Source: Pedosphaera sp. (GTDB lineage: Bacteria; Verrucomicrobiota; Verrucomicrobiia; Limisphaerales; UBA1096). Taken from it: a DNA stretch of 64,000 bases. The stretch's first letter is position 1; each line of letters opens with the position of its first letter. Both the position numbers and the translations under genes were made by a program. A model generated the notes under the pieces. The model had not been told where the DNA came from. It made no database searches and worked only from the letters and a program-made list of their open reading frames with translations. The stretch spans positions 1,490-65,489 of the forward strand of contig JAKUOU010000018.1 in NCBI GenBank assembly GCA_022451065.1, given 5' to 3'. Shown here piece by piece: positions 1 through 9,800 of this stretch.

Positions 1-1
1 C

Positions 2-268
2 CCTACGCGGCGTGAGGCCAACCTGCAACTCCGCGCCTACCTTTACAAAAACCTGTACTATAATAATATTGTTCACGAGCCCCACATCCGGGCAGCCACG
101 TTGCTTGGTGAACTATTTCACCACTACGAGCAGCACCCTGAGGCGATGGGAGGCGACATGCAGGCATTGATTTCCCAGCATGGGTTGCAGCGTACCATCT
201 GCGATCACCTTGCCTGCATGACAGATCGATTCGTCGTCCTAGAGCACGATCGATTGCTCGGAAAGTAG
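2..268 (+). CDS. dgt: dGTP triphosphohydrolase-like HD-domain protein, C-terminal fragment (5' end outside window)
   Basis: Open frame from the window edge to TAG at 266-268. Translation ...LFHHYEQHPEAMGGDMQALISQHGLQRTICDHLACMTDRFVVLEHDRLLGK ends with the D-x-L-A-x-MTDRF tail typical of Dgt-family dNTPases. Absent from the ORF track because it has no start in the window. Confidence 0.6.
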   Translation, partial: PTRREANLQLRAYLYKNLYYNNIVHEPHIRAATLLGELFHHYEQHPEAMGGDMQALISQHGLQRTICDHLACMTDRFVVLEHDRLLGK

Positions 269-325
269 CGCCTTATGGCGTGAACTGGCGAAAATTTGAA
301 CGATCGCGAATTTCTCGCGTCGAAC

Positions 326-371
326 GGGGCGAAACCCCTTGACAGGCGGGGTAGACTTTTCGCCCCTTTTT
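326..371 (+). terminator. Candidate intrinsic terminator after dgt-like gene
   Basis: GGGGCGAAA (326-334) pairs with TTTCGCCCC (358-366). The 23-nt loop contains an inner CCCC/GGGG stem and is followed by TTTTT (367-371). The loop is large, so confidence is modest. Confidence 0.35.
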
Positions 372-463
372 GGGGAAACAGGGGTTTTTGCAAGGAACCC
401 AAGCCGCACGCTGCCCGATTCGCAGCCCGGGACGGACAATCCTCGCAACATGCAAATAAAGAG

Positions 464-1420
464 ATGATACAAGTTGAGAACCTAACGAAGGCTTTCGGCC
501 CAAAGGTGGCCGTGGACGATGTCTCTTTCTCCGTACAACGCGGAGAGATTCTGGGTTTCCTCGGACCGAACGGCGCCGGCAAATCCACCACCATGCGAAT
601 GATCACCGGATACATCCCCCCGACAGCGGGAGTTGTGAAAGTCGGCGGCAATGACGTGACGGAAAAACCGATCGAGGCCAAGCGCCTGATGGGCTATCTA
701 CCAGAGAGTGCGCCGCTTTACACCGACATGACCGTTGAGGGGTTCCTTGGCTTTTGCGCCGAGGTGCGCGGCATCAGAGATGCGGATAAATCCAAGGCGA
801 TCGATCGTGCGATTGATATGTGCTTCCTCAAGTCGGTCCGGCACCAGAGCGTCGACACCCTCTCGAAGGGATATCGTCATCGCACAGGTTTTGCGCAGGC
901 GATCATTCACGATCCAGACATTCTAGTCATGGACGAACCGACCGACGGGCTTGACCCCAACCAAAAGCAGGAGGTGCGTTCACTTATCCGCCGCATGGGC
1001 CAATCCAAGGCAATCATTTTTTCCACCCACATTCTCGAGGAAGTCGAGGCTGCCTGCACGCGAGCAATAATCATCGACCAAGGCAAAGTTGTCGCCAACG
1101 GTACTCCCAACGAACTCAAGGCCAAGTCCGAGCTGGCAAACTCCTACACTGTGTCCGTTAGCGGCACCGAAGCCGCCTCAGTGCGCGATAAGCTTGGCTC
1201 AGTCATCCAGTCGTCCAAGGTGACGATCGTAAACGACAAACCGCCAACCGTCGTCGCCCGGGTTTTCCCCAAGAGCGCCGACGGTGAAGGAGAGCTTGGC
1301 CGGGCGATCTTTGACATCGCCTCGCAAAACAACTGGAAGGTCAGCGAAATCAAAAAGGAGGAAGGACGCATGGACGACATCTTCCGTAACATCACCCTAC
1401 CTGACACCCAAGCCCAATAA
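464..1420 (+). CDS. ABC transporter ATP-binding protein (GldA-like, ABC-2 type)
   Basis: MIQVENLTKAFGPKVAVDDVSFSVQRGEILGFLGPNGAGKSTT (Walker A), LSKGYRHR signature and ILVMDEPTDGLD Walker B. The start is moved from 296 to the ATG at 464, which gives the canonical ABC N-terminus. Confidence 0.85.
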   Translation: MIQVENLTKAFGPKVAVDDVSFSVQRGEILGFLGPNGAGKSTTMRMITGYIPPTAGVVKVGGNDVTEKPIEAKRLMGYLPESAPLYTDMTVEGFLGFCAEVRGIRDADKSKAIDRAIDMCFLKSVRHQSVDTLSKGYRHRTGFAQAIIHDPDILVMDEPTDGLDPNQKQEVRSLIRRMGQSKAIIFSTHILEEVEAACTRAIIIDQGKVVANGTPNELKAKSELANSYTVSVSGTEAASVRDKLGSVIQSSKVTIVNDKPPTVVARVFPKSADGEGELGRAIFDIASQNNWKVSEIKKEEGRMDDIFRNITLPDTQAQ

Positions 1421-1432
1421 TTAAACGAATCG

Positions 1433-2164
1433 ATGAAAAGCATTTGGACCATTACAAAACGGGAGCTGGCCGGTTATTTCAACTCGCCGGTTGCCTACGT
1501 ATTTCTAGTAATCTTCCTTTTAATGACCGGAGCGTTCACATTCCTGATCGGTCAGTTTATGGATAGAAACCAAGCGACACTGCAGGCATTTTTCATGTGG
1601 CACCCCTGGATTTATCTGTTCCTCGTGCCGGCGGTCGGAATGCGGCTCTGGTCAGAAGAGCGCCGCCTAGGCACCATGGAACTGCTGTTGACCATGCCAA
1701 TTTCACTATGGCACTGCATCATCGGCAAATTCCTCGCTTCCTGGCTGTTCCTGACCCTGGCGCTGGTGATGACATTCCCAATATGGATCACAGTGAACTA
1801 TCTCGGCGATCCCGACAACACCGTCATCGTTGCCAGTTACATCGGAAGCTTCTTTCTGGCTGGCGCTTATCTATCCATCACGAGCATGACCTCGGCGTTC
1901 ACACGAAACCAGGTAATTAGCTTCATCCTCTCCGTGGTGATCTGCCTGTTCCTCGTGCTGTGCGGCTGGCCGCCGGTAACAGACGTCGTCGAGCCCCTGG
2001 CACCGCGCTGGATCGTTGAGTTTGTCGCCGCATCTAGCGTGATGACCAATGTTGAGCAATTCAACAACGGGCAAATTGACAGCCGGGCAGTGATCTACTT
2101 TTTGTCAGTGATCGGCTTTCCGCTGTTCGCCACGAGCGTAATCATTCGCGGGCTTCGCGCATAA
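1433..2164 (+). CDS. ABC-2 type transporter permease (GldF-like)
   Basis: 243-aa polytopic membrane protein immediately downstream of the ATPase. The N-terminus MKSIWTITKRELAGYFNSPVAYVFL is typical of ABC-2/GldF permeases. Confidence 0.8.
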   Translation: MKSIWTITKRELAGYFNSPVAYVFLVIFLLMTGAFTFLIGQFMDRNQATLQAFFMWHPWIYLFLVPAVGMRLWSEERRLGTMELLLTMPISLWHCIIGKFLASWLFLTLALVMTFPIWITVNYLGDPDNTVIVASYIGSFFLAGAYLSITSMTSAFTRNQVISFILSVVICLFLVLCGWPPVTDVVEPLAPRWIVEFVAASSVMTNVEQFNNGQIDSRAVIYFLSVIGFPLFATSVIIRGLRA

Positions 2165-2187
2165 ACATCAACCTCGAAAAATATATC

Positions 2188-4119
2188 ATGAAAAAAGAAA
2201 CTAAGTTTGCCATTTTCCTGAATTCAATCGGCGGAGTGCTGGTGATTCTGCTGTGCGTGATAGCCTTTAATATCATTACTTCCCAGTTCAAGATGAAAGC
2301 AGACCTGACCGAAGGCAACCTGTTCACCCTGTCCGAGGGCTCGAAGAAGTTGCTCGACGGCCTGGCCGAGGAGCGTGAAGGCGACTCAGAATCAAGCCCG
2401 CTTGAGATTCGATTTTATGTCACACGAGGCGAGAAAGGTGTTCCGGTCGTCGTGAATGAGCACGGTACTCGCGTGGAAGATCTGCTTGATCAATACAAGG
2501 CCTACTCAGGCAGCAACCTCGAGTTGCAAAAAATCAACCCGCGCCGAGACACCGATGCAGAGGAGTTGGCGGTCAACGATGGCATTCAGCTGCTCAATAA
2601 TGCATTTTACATCGGCATGGCGATCAGCTACCTCGACAGCACGGAGGTTATCCCAGTGCTCGACCCGACGAGGGCAACCAACCTTGAGTATGATATTTCC
2701 CGGGCCATCAAGAACGTCCTTAAACTGAAAGATGAACGGGAAACCGTCGGCGTGATGAGCGGCCTCAATGTCTGGGGCGGCCCGGATCCTACCAACCCAA
2801 TGGCCATGATGAACCGGGGTCAGCAACAGCCACCGTGGTACTTCCTGCAGCAGTTGCAACGAGACTTCAACGTGGAACGTATCGAGCCGGCGGCCACGGA
2901 AATCCCGGCAACCGTGAATGCCCTGCTGCTCATTCACCCAAAAAACGTCTCCGAAGCCACTGAGTACGCCATCGACCAGTTCGTCCTGCGCGGCGGCAAG
3001 TTGATTGCGTTTGTCGATCCCCTCGCCCAGCGAGACGATTCCGGCCAACAAAACCCGCAAATGAGGATCCCGGGGCTGGGCGGTGGCTCCAACCTAAACC
3101 GACTATTCACCAAGTGGGGGGTACCTTTTGATAACACCCAGGTCGTCGCCGACTTCAACTACCGTCTCACCCCGCGCGACCCGATTGCCCAAGGGCGATT
3201 GCAACCGGCCTATCTCGCATTGAACAAAAATGCGCTGAACAAGGAAGAAGTTGTAACTCGAGACCTGGGAACGATACGACTTCCCTACGCTGGCAGCTTT
3301 GATACCAGCAATATTGCCACCGGCTTAAATGTTACCGAACTGATCACCAGTTCAGAGCAAGCCAAACTTGTGGATGGCATGTCATCACAGTTCAACGGGG
3401 CCAAGATCATGGATTCGTTTTTGACTGGCAGCACAGACGGCAAGCCAGTGGGCACTAAAAAACATGTGTTAGCATTGAAACTAGGCGGTAAATTCACGAC
3501 CGCATTCCCTGATGGTAAACCATCTGCAGCCGATGCCGACGACAAGGATGACAAAGCTGAAACAGAAGATAAAACACACCTCACAGAATCAGATGGAGAC
3601 AACTACGTCTGTCTTATTGGCGATACGGATATTCTTGTCGACGACCATTTCATACTTCAGCAACGGTTCCTTATCAGCGAAAATATCACGTTTGTGCAAA
3701 ACCTGGTCGACCACTTTGGCGATGACACGCTAATCAACATTCGCAGCCGAAACCAGAACCGGCCATTTACAACCATTGTTGATCTCGAGAAAGAGGCGCA
3801 GAAAAAATTCGAGAGCAAGCTCAAGAAACTCGAAGCCGAGCAACAGGAAATCCTACAGCAAAAAACCAAACTGGAAAGTGCCGGCGAAGGAGGTAACCAG
3901 TTCACTCTTCGGATTGATCCCGAGGCGCTCAAGGAAATCCAAGCCAAGGAACTCGACAAACGGAAACAGATTCGTGCAATTCGGAAGCAACTCCGATCTG
4001 AGATTGATCTCATTCAACTCAATATCAAGTTGGCCAACATCGGCCTAATGCCCCTGTTGGTCATCGTTATTGGCATCGCCTTTTTCATTCGTAAGCGTAA
4101 GAAAACCGCAGCAGTCTAA
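2188..4119 (+). CDS. GldG-like ABC transporter auxiliary protein (ABC_transp_aux family)
   Basis: N-terminal TM helix followed by ADLTEGNLFTLSEGS, a large periplasmic domain, a C-terminal coiled coil (KKLEAEQQEILQQKTKLE) and a final TM helix. It occupies the third position of a GldA/F/G-type operon. Confidence 0.7.
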   Translation: MKKETKFAIFLNSIGGVLVILLCVIAFNIITSQFKMKADLTEGNLFTLSEGSKKLLDGLAEEREGDSESSPLEIRFYVTRGEKGVPVVVNEHGTRVEDLLDQYKAYSGSNLELQKINPRRDTDAEELAVNDGIQLLNNAFYIGMAISYLDSTEVIPVLDPTRATNLEYDISRAIKNVLKLKDERETVGVMSGLNVWGGPDPTNPMAMMNRGQQQPPWYFLQQLQRDFNVERIEPAATEIPATVNALLLIHPKNVSEATEYAIDQFVLRGGKLIAFVDPLAQRDDSGQQNPQMRIPGLGGGSNLNRLFTKWGVPFDNTQVVADFNYRLTPRDPIAQGRLQPAYLALNKNALNKEEVVTRDLGTIRLPYAGSFDTSNIATGLNVTELITSSEQAKLVDGMSSQFNGAKIMDSFLTGSTDGKPVGTKKHVLALKLGGKFTTAFPDGKPSAADADDKDDKAETEDKTHLTESDGDNYVCLIGDTDILVDDHFILQQRFLISENITFVQNLVDHFGDDTLINIRSRNQNRPFTTIVDLEKEAQKKFESKLKKLEAEQQEILQQKTKLESAGEGGNQFTLRIDPEALKEIQAKELDKRKQIRAIRKQLRSEIDLIQLNIKLANIGLMPLLVIVIGIAFFIRKRKKTAAV

Positions 4120-4124
4120 CACCC

Positions 4125-6026
4125 ATGAAAGGAAAACAACTCCTCATCGCAGTGATCACCCTAGGCGTACTGGGTGGCATTGCCTACTTCACCTCGATCG
4201 ACGATCAAGGCAGCCAGATGGCCGAAACAGCCGGTGTCGGCAAAACGGTCGTAAAAAACCTCAAACCGGAAGACATCGCCACGATCTCAATCTCTGGCAA
4301 GGAAGCCAGCCTCACATTGGCTCAAAAGGACGAAAAATGGACTGTCGCGGAGCGCGATGGCTTTGCAGCGAAGTTTGATGACATCAAAAAACTCGTCACC
4401 AGCGCTATAAGCCTCAAATCTTTGAGGCAAATTCGTGCCAGTAAAAAACAATACGGCCGATTCGAGTTGCTTGATCCCGCTGATAACAAAACCAACACCG
4501 GCACGCGCGTCGAGTTCAAGGACTCGCAGGGACAGGTGCTGAAGAGCCTGTTACTCGGCAAAAAAGGCAGCGCCAATGCTGGCGCCAATGCTGGCTCACC
4601 GTTTGGCTCATCCGATAATCATCGCTATGTGCTGGCTGACGGCAAGGTGGCTGTTGTTGCCATTGATTATTCAAGCGCGCTGAACGAAGTGAGTGCCAAC
4701 CCTGCCGACTGGCTGAACAAGGACGATTTTCTTAAGGTTGAAAAAATCAAGTCGGTTGCCGTCGACCACCCCGACTCGGCGGACTCGTGGACGCTGACCC
4801 ACAGCAAGGATGGCGAAGACATGTCGCTGGTTGATGCCAAGCCGGACGAAAAACTTGATTCCTCAAAGGCCAACAGCGCCGGCCGCGTACTTGGTTTTCC
4901 AAGCTTCGACGACGTTGCCAGTAAGTCGGTAAAACCGGAGGAGATCGGAATGGACAAGGCTGTCACGGCAACAATCAATACGTTTGATGGCTATCAATAC
5001 GTCGTCAAGATGGCAAAAAAGGATGAAGACCACTACCTGAGCATAACAGCTAGTGGCACACGGGCACCGCAGGATGATGAAAGCGAAGCCCGCACACCAC
5101 AACCAGATGAAACCAGTCCTCGCGAACCGGTCAAAGACGAAAAACCGGAGGACAGCGAGCGTCTGGACAAAGAACATGCTGAGAACTTGGCCAAGCGTAT
5201 CGCTGATCGTGAAAAGACACACAATGACTCCCAAGCCAAGCTCAAGACCGACCGGGACAAGGAGTTTGCAGACAACTTGGCCAAGCTCGCCAAACTCGAA
5301 GGTTGGACGTTCAAGGTATCCAGCTACACCTTCGATGCCATCTACAAGACCCGAGCTGAGATGATGGAGGATAAAAAAGAGGAAGAAAGTAGTGATAGCA
5401 CCTCGACTGACGCGACCACCAGCGGAGACGATGTCGCTCAACAGAACAAGGAGGCCGGCGAATCCTTTCTTGCTGCCAATAGCGACAAGGAAGGGGTGAA
5501 GAGCACGGACAGTGGTTTGCAATATAAGGTCACAAAGGAAGGCACCGGCCCCTCCCCCAACACGACGGACTCAGTCACAGTGAACTACAAGGGAACACTG
5601 ATCGACGGCACCGAATTCGACAGTGGCAAAGCCATTAGTTTCCCGCTTAACGGCGTTATCAAGGGCTGGACCGAGGGATTGCAGTTGATGAAAATCGGTG
5701 GCTCCACCCGCTTCTTTATCCCGTCCGATTTGGCCTATGGCACAACCGGCAGCGGTGCAAAAATCGGGCCTAACTCTACTCTTATCTTCGACGTTGACTT
5801 GATCTCCATCAAAGGTAATGAGGCTGCTAAGGCTCCAGTACCCTCAACCATCGACCCGACCAAATCTGATCCCAAAAAGGTCGTCACCAGCGACATCATC
5901 AAGGTGCCTTCCGCCGAAGAGATGAAGAAGGGCGCCAAAATTGAGGTCATCAAGAAGGAAGACCTCCCCGGCGAAATCGAAAAGGCCCGGGAGCAATCTG
6001 AAAAGAAGGCAGACGACAAAAAATAA
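4125..6026 (+). CDS. DUF4340-like protein fused to a C-terminal FKBP-type peptidyl-prolyl isomerase
   Basis: N-terminal TM helix plus a DUF4340-like region (ISISGKEASLTLAQKDEKWTVAERDGF). An acidic Lys/Glu/Asp-rich linker follows. The C-terminus is an unmistakable FKBP domain: GLQYKVTKEGTGPSPNTTDSVTVNYKGTLIDGTEFDS...GVIKGWTEGLQLMKIGGSTRFFIPSDLAYG...PNSTLIFDVDLISI. Confidence 0.75.
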   Translation: MKGKQLLIAVITLGVLGGIAYFTSIDDQGSQMAETAGVGKTVVKNLKPEDIATISISGKEASLTLAQKDEKWTVAERDGFAAKFDDIKKLVTSAISLKSLRQIRASKKQYGRFELLDPADNKTNTGTRVEFKDSQGQVLKSLLLGKKGSANAGANAGSPFGSSDNHRYVLADGKVAVVAIDYSSALNEVSANPADWLNKDDFLKVEKIKSVAVDHPDSADSWTLTHSKDGEDMSLVDAKPDEKLDSSKANSAGRVLGFPSFDDVASKSVKPEEIGMDKAVTATINTFDGYQYVVKMAKKDEDHYLSITASGTRAPQDDESEARTPQPDETSPREPVKDEKPEDSERLDKEHAENLAKRIADREKTHNDSQAKLKTDRDKEFADNLAKLAKLEGWTFKVSSYTFDAIYKTRAEMMEDKKEEESSDSTSTDATTSGDDVAQQNKEAGESFLAANSDKEGVKSTDSGLQYKVTKEGTGPSPNTTDSVTVNYKGTLIDGTEFDSGKAISFPLNGVIKGWTEGLQLMKIGGSTRFFIPSDLAYGTTGSGAKIGPNSTLIFDVDLISIKGNEAAKAPVPSTIDPTKSDPKKVVTSDIIKVPSAEEMKKGAKIEVIKKEDLPGEIEKAREQSEKKADDKK

Positions 6027-6042
6027 CCGCTTGGCCAAGCGG
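6027..6042. repeat. Perfect 16-bp palindrome CCGCTTGGCCAAGCGG (extended copy of the iterated TTGGCCAA motif)
   Basis: Starts one base after the stop codon at 6024-6026. The identical 16-mer recurs inside ddl at 24106-24121. Confidence 0.95.
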
Positions 6043-6054
6043 ACAATTTTCAAA

Positions 6055-6084
6055 CCACCCAGGTGTCTGCCTGGGTGGTTTTTT
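6055..6084 (+). terminator. Rho-independent terminator of the GldA/F/G-like operon
   Basis: CCACCCAGG (6055-6063) pairs perfectly with CCTGGGTGG (6070-6078) across a 6-nt loop, followed by TTTTTT (6079-6084). Confidence 0.8.
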
Positions 6085-6139
6085 AATGTTGGAACAATTT
6101 TGATTTGCGGCCCTTGGCCGGTAACGTAGCGTTCGGGGC

Positions 6140-6841
6140 ATGGCGTCAGATGACTCGACCGTCCTCAAGCTGGAGAACGTTCACAAACAGTACGAAAGTG
6201 CGGACCGTGATCCCGTGCCGGTGCTTCGCGGCATCTCGCTCACCGTCCAACGTGGCGACTCCCTCGCGATTGTCGGTCCCTCTGGCTCTGGCAAAAGTAC
6301 GCTGCTCAATATCCTCGGCTCGCTCGACTCCCCCACTCGCGGCAGCATCCGGTTAGACGGCGAGGAACTCGCGCACCTCCCCGAGCAAAAGCTTGCCGCG
6401 ATTCGCAGCCAAAAGATCGGTTTTGTTTTTCAGTCCCATCACCTGTTGCCGCAATGCTCCGTCCTCGAAAACATACTCGTACCTGCGCTGGCCGCCACCG
6501 GCCGCGCCCCGACCAGTGCCCTCGAACGCGCCAAGCAACTCCTCGAGCGGGTCGGACTTGAACACCGCGTCGACCACCGACCAGCCCAGCTCTCCGGCGG
6601 GGAATGCCAGCGCGTTGCTGTCGTGCGCGCACTGATTAATCGACCCAGCCTCATTCTCGCCGACGAACCCACAGGCGCACTTGATCATTCGACCGCCGAA
6701 TCGCTTGCTGACTTGCTCGTCGAACTCAACCGCGACGAACACGTCACCCTGATCGTGGTAACCCACTCCGAAGAGCTCGCCGCCAAAATGGGTACAACAC
6801 ATCAACTGCAGGATGGCCAGTTCGCTGGCAGCGTAAATTAA
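6140..6841 (+). CDS. ABC transporter ATP-binding protein (LolD/MacB/YbbA-like)
   Basis: GPSGSGKSTLLNILG Walker A, LSGGECQRVAVVRAL signature, LILADEPTGALD Walker B. The 233-aa length is typical of the FtsE/LolD class. Confidence 0.85.
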   Translation: MASDDSTVLKLENVHKQYESADRDPVPVLRGISLTVQRGDSLAIVGPSGSGKSTLLNILGSLDSPTRGSIRLDGEELAHLPEQKLAAIRSQKIGFVFQSHHLLPQCSVLENILVPALAATGRAPTSALERAKQLLERVGLEHRVDHRPAQLSGGECQRVAVVRALINRPSLILADEPTGALDHSTAESLADLLVELNRDEHVTLIVVTHSEELAAKMGTTHQLQDGQFAGSVN

Positions 6842-6845
6842 GCCG

Positions 6846-9800
6846 ATGACAACCTGGTCACTAGTTCTGAAGTCATTCCGGTTTTACGCGCGGAGCCATG
6901 TCGGCACTCTGATGGGTGTCGCCGTCGGGACGATGGTTTTGGTGGGGGCACTTCTGGTCGGCGAATCGGTCCGCGGCAGTTTGCACGACATGGCCGCCGC
7001 ACGCCTGGGCAGGGTCGAACTTGCCCTCCCCTCCAACGACCGACTTTTCCGCGCCGAAATGGCCGACCAGCTTCAGGCCGATCTCGACACCAGCACCACA
7101 GCCCTGCTCCAGCTCCCCGGCACGGCCAAGCGCCCATCAGGCGAAAACCGGGCCAACAACGTCGTTGTCATGGGTGTCAACGAGGCGTTTTGGAAACTGG
7201 CACTGAAGCCTCCCGAGTTTGTCAGAATCCCCGAAGACTCGATTGTCCTCAACGAGCGCTTAGCCAATCAACTAGATGTCAAGAAAGGCAACATGGTTAA
7301 CCTGCGGGTACACAATCCCTCGCAACTTTCGCGCGACGCACCAATGGCACCGATTGAAGACTCAACCGCCTCGCTTGCCCAACTCGAAGTGCTGGCAATT
7401 GTCAGTGATGCGGAGTTCGGCCGATTCAGCCTGCAAGCCTCGCAAGTACCGCCCTACAACGCGTTTGTCTCGCTTGACCAATTGCAGGAAGCCATCGAGA
7501 AACCAGCCATGGCCAATCTCATGCTCGTCGGCCAAGCACAGGCCCCGGCCAAAAGCCCGACGCTCGGCCAAGCGCAAGCCGCCCTCGCCAGACATTGGCA
7601 GCTTGCCGACGCCCAGGCGCAGCTGCTCCAACTCCCCGACGGCAAAGGCATCGAACTCCGATCACCGCGCGTCTTTCTTGATCCGCCCTTGGCAAAGGCC
7701 GCCACCGGACTCTCCACAAATGCCACCGAGGTGCTCACCTACTTCGTTAACAAAATCCAACTCGGTGACAAATCAACACCTTACTCGATGGTAACTGCTC
7801 TGGCTGATTTTGAACCGGACAGTGTCTGGCTGAACCAATGGAGCGCCGACGATCTACAGGCAAAGGTCGGCGACGAAGTCGAGCTTTCGTACTATTCTGT
7901 TGGCACCATGCGCCAACTGGAGGAGCGCTCTGGCAAATTCAAGGTCGGAGGCGTCATCGCCATGGACGATCCACGCTCGGACATCACCCTTATGCCGGAC
8001 TTTCCTGGAATGACCGACTCCGCAGACTGCGCCGACTGGGACACCGGCTTCCCCATGGACCTCGACGCCATCCGCGACAAGGATGAGGAGTACTGGGACA
8101 CCTACAAAGGCACGCCGAAGGCCTACATCAGTCTGGGCACCGGCAAGGAGATTTGGAGTAATCGCTTCGGCAATCTAACTGCCGTGCGTTATCCGCAAAA
8201 CGGCCGGGCCGCGCTCGACAAACTTGCTCAAGAGTTGCTCGGCAAACTGAAACCAACGGACACAGGCCTCACTTTTCAACCCGCGCGTGCACAAGCTTCG
8301 AGCTCCGTAACAAACGCCATGGACTTTGGACAACTCTTTATGAGCTTCAGCTTCTTTCTTATCGCGGCCGCCGTGATGCTTATTTCACTGCTCTTCCAGT
8401 TCACGATGGAAAAACGCACTCGAGAAACCGGCACCCTGCTGGCCGTCGGCATCCCGGCCAGGCGAGTTCGGCGCATGCTTTTGCTCGAAGGTGGACTGAT
8501 CGCGATCGCCGGCTGCATCGTCGGCGGCGGTGGCGGATCGCTTTTCGCCAGGGCCATGCTCAGTGCGCTGTCGACGAATTGGAAAGATGCCGTTGCTTCC
8601 GCCACTCTCACGTACCACAGCAATGGCACCGCTTGGGCTACAGGAGCATCGATGGGATTTTTCGTCGCTCTTGGTACCATCTGGTGGGCGTTGCGAAAGT
8701 TAAAAAAACAAACCGCCCGCGAACTCCTCGTAGGCGGGTCACAGGAAATTTTGGGCACCAGAAAATCAACCAAACGCACCTCCATCATCGCGGTTGTTTT
8801 ATTTCTCTGTGCGATTGGCTCCGTTGGTGCGGCAGTCGCAAGCGGTTCTCAAATATCGCCCAATTCCTTCTTCATTGCAGGCGCGTTGCTGCTGCTCTCC
8901 GGCTTGGCCTTCACTTCCGTGAGACTCACCGCCTTGGCCAGAACCAAGGCGCTTAGCCACGCAGATGGACTGTCTCTTTCCGGCCTTGGCCAACGAAATG
9001 CCGCGCGTCGTCGCCGACGCAGCATGGCCACAGTCGGCATGTTGGCTTGCGGCAGTTTCATGATTGGCTCCATCGGCGTATTCCAGAAAGATGCAAACGT
9101 CGACGCAAATATACCCACCTCGGGTACAGGCGGCTTTGAGTTAATGGGCGAAGCCAGTATCGCTGTGATTCACGACATGAACAATGCCGCAAACCGAGAG
9201 GATTTCTACAGCATCGATGAAGACATCATCAAAAACGTGAACTTCGTTCCGTTTCGTCTTCGAGATGGCGATCAAGCCAACTGCCTCAACCTCAATCTCG
9301 CTCAGGAACCTCGCCTGCTCGGGGTTCGTCCCGAAATGCTTATCGGCAAATTCACCTTCATCGACACGTTAGATGGTTTGAAAACCGGTAATAACCCCTG
9401 GTCAATTCTTGAGACAGCCCGTCAGACACTCAACCTTTCGGACGACATCGTGCCGGTAATCGCGGATCAAAGTGTGATGATGTGGGCGCTTAGTGGCGGC
9501 GATCCCATGAAGAGCAAAAAGCTCGGTGACACGCTCGGCTACACCGACGAACATGGAAACACGTTCAGGGTGAAATTCGTCGGTCAGCTTGCCGACAGCA
9601 TCCTGCAGGGCAACCTCATCATTCCGGAATCCGACTTCATTAAGAGGTTCCCAAGTCAAAGCGGTTACCGGGTCTTTTTGATCGACGGTCCCGAGGCAAA
9701 AATAAAAGAGATCAGCGACGAACTGAACAATGCGATGGAGGATCACGGCTTTGAATGGGTCCGCACCACACAACGCCTCGGCGAGCTGAATGCCGTGCAA

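Noticed and set aside
339-344. Perfect TTGACA hexamer upstream of the ABC operon as a -35 box
   Set aside because: No acceptable -10 hexamer lies 16-18 nt downstream (GCCCCT at the 17-nt position). The hexamer lies inside the loop of the putative terminator.
296-463. N-terminal 56-aa extension of the ABC ATPase ORF
   Set aside because: The extension has no ABC homology and runs through the terminator-like hairpin at 326-371. The canonical N-terminus MIQVENLTK begins at 464.
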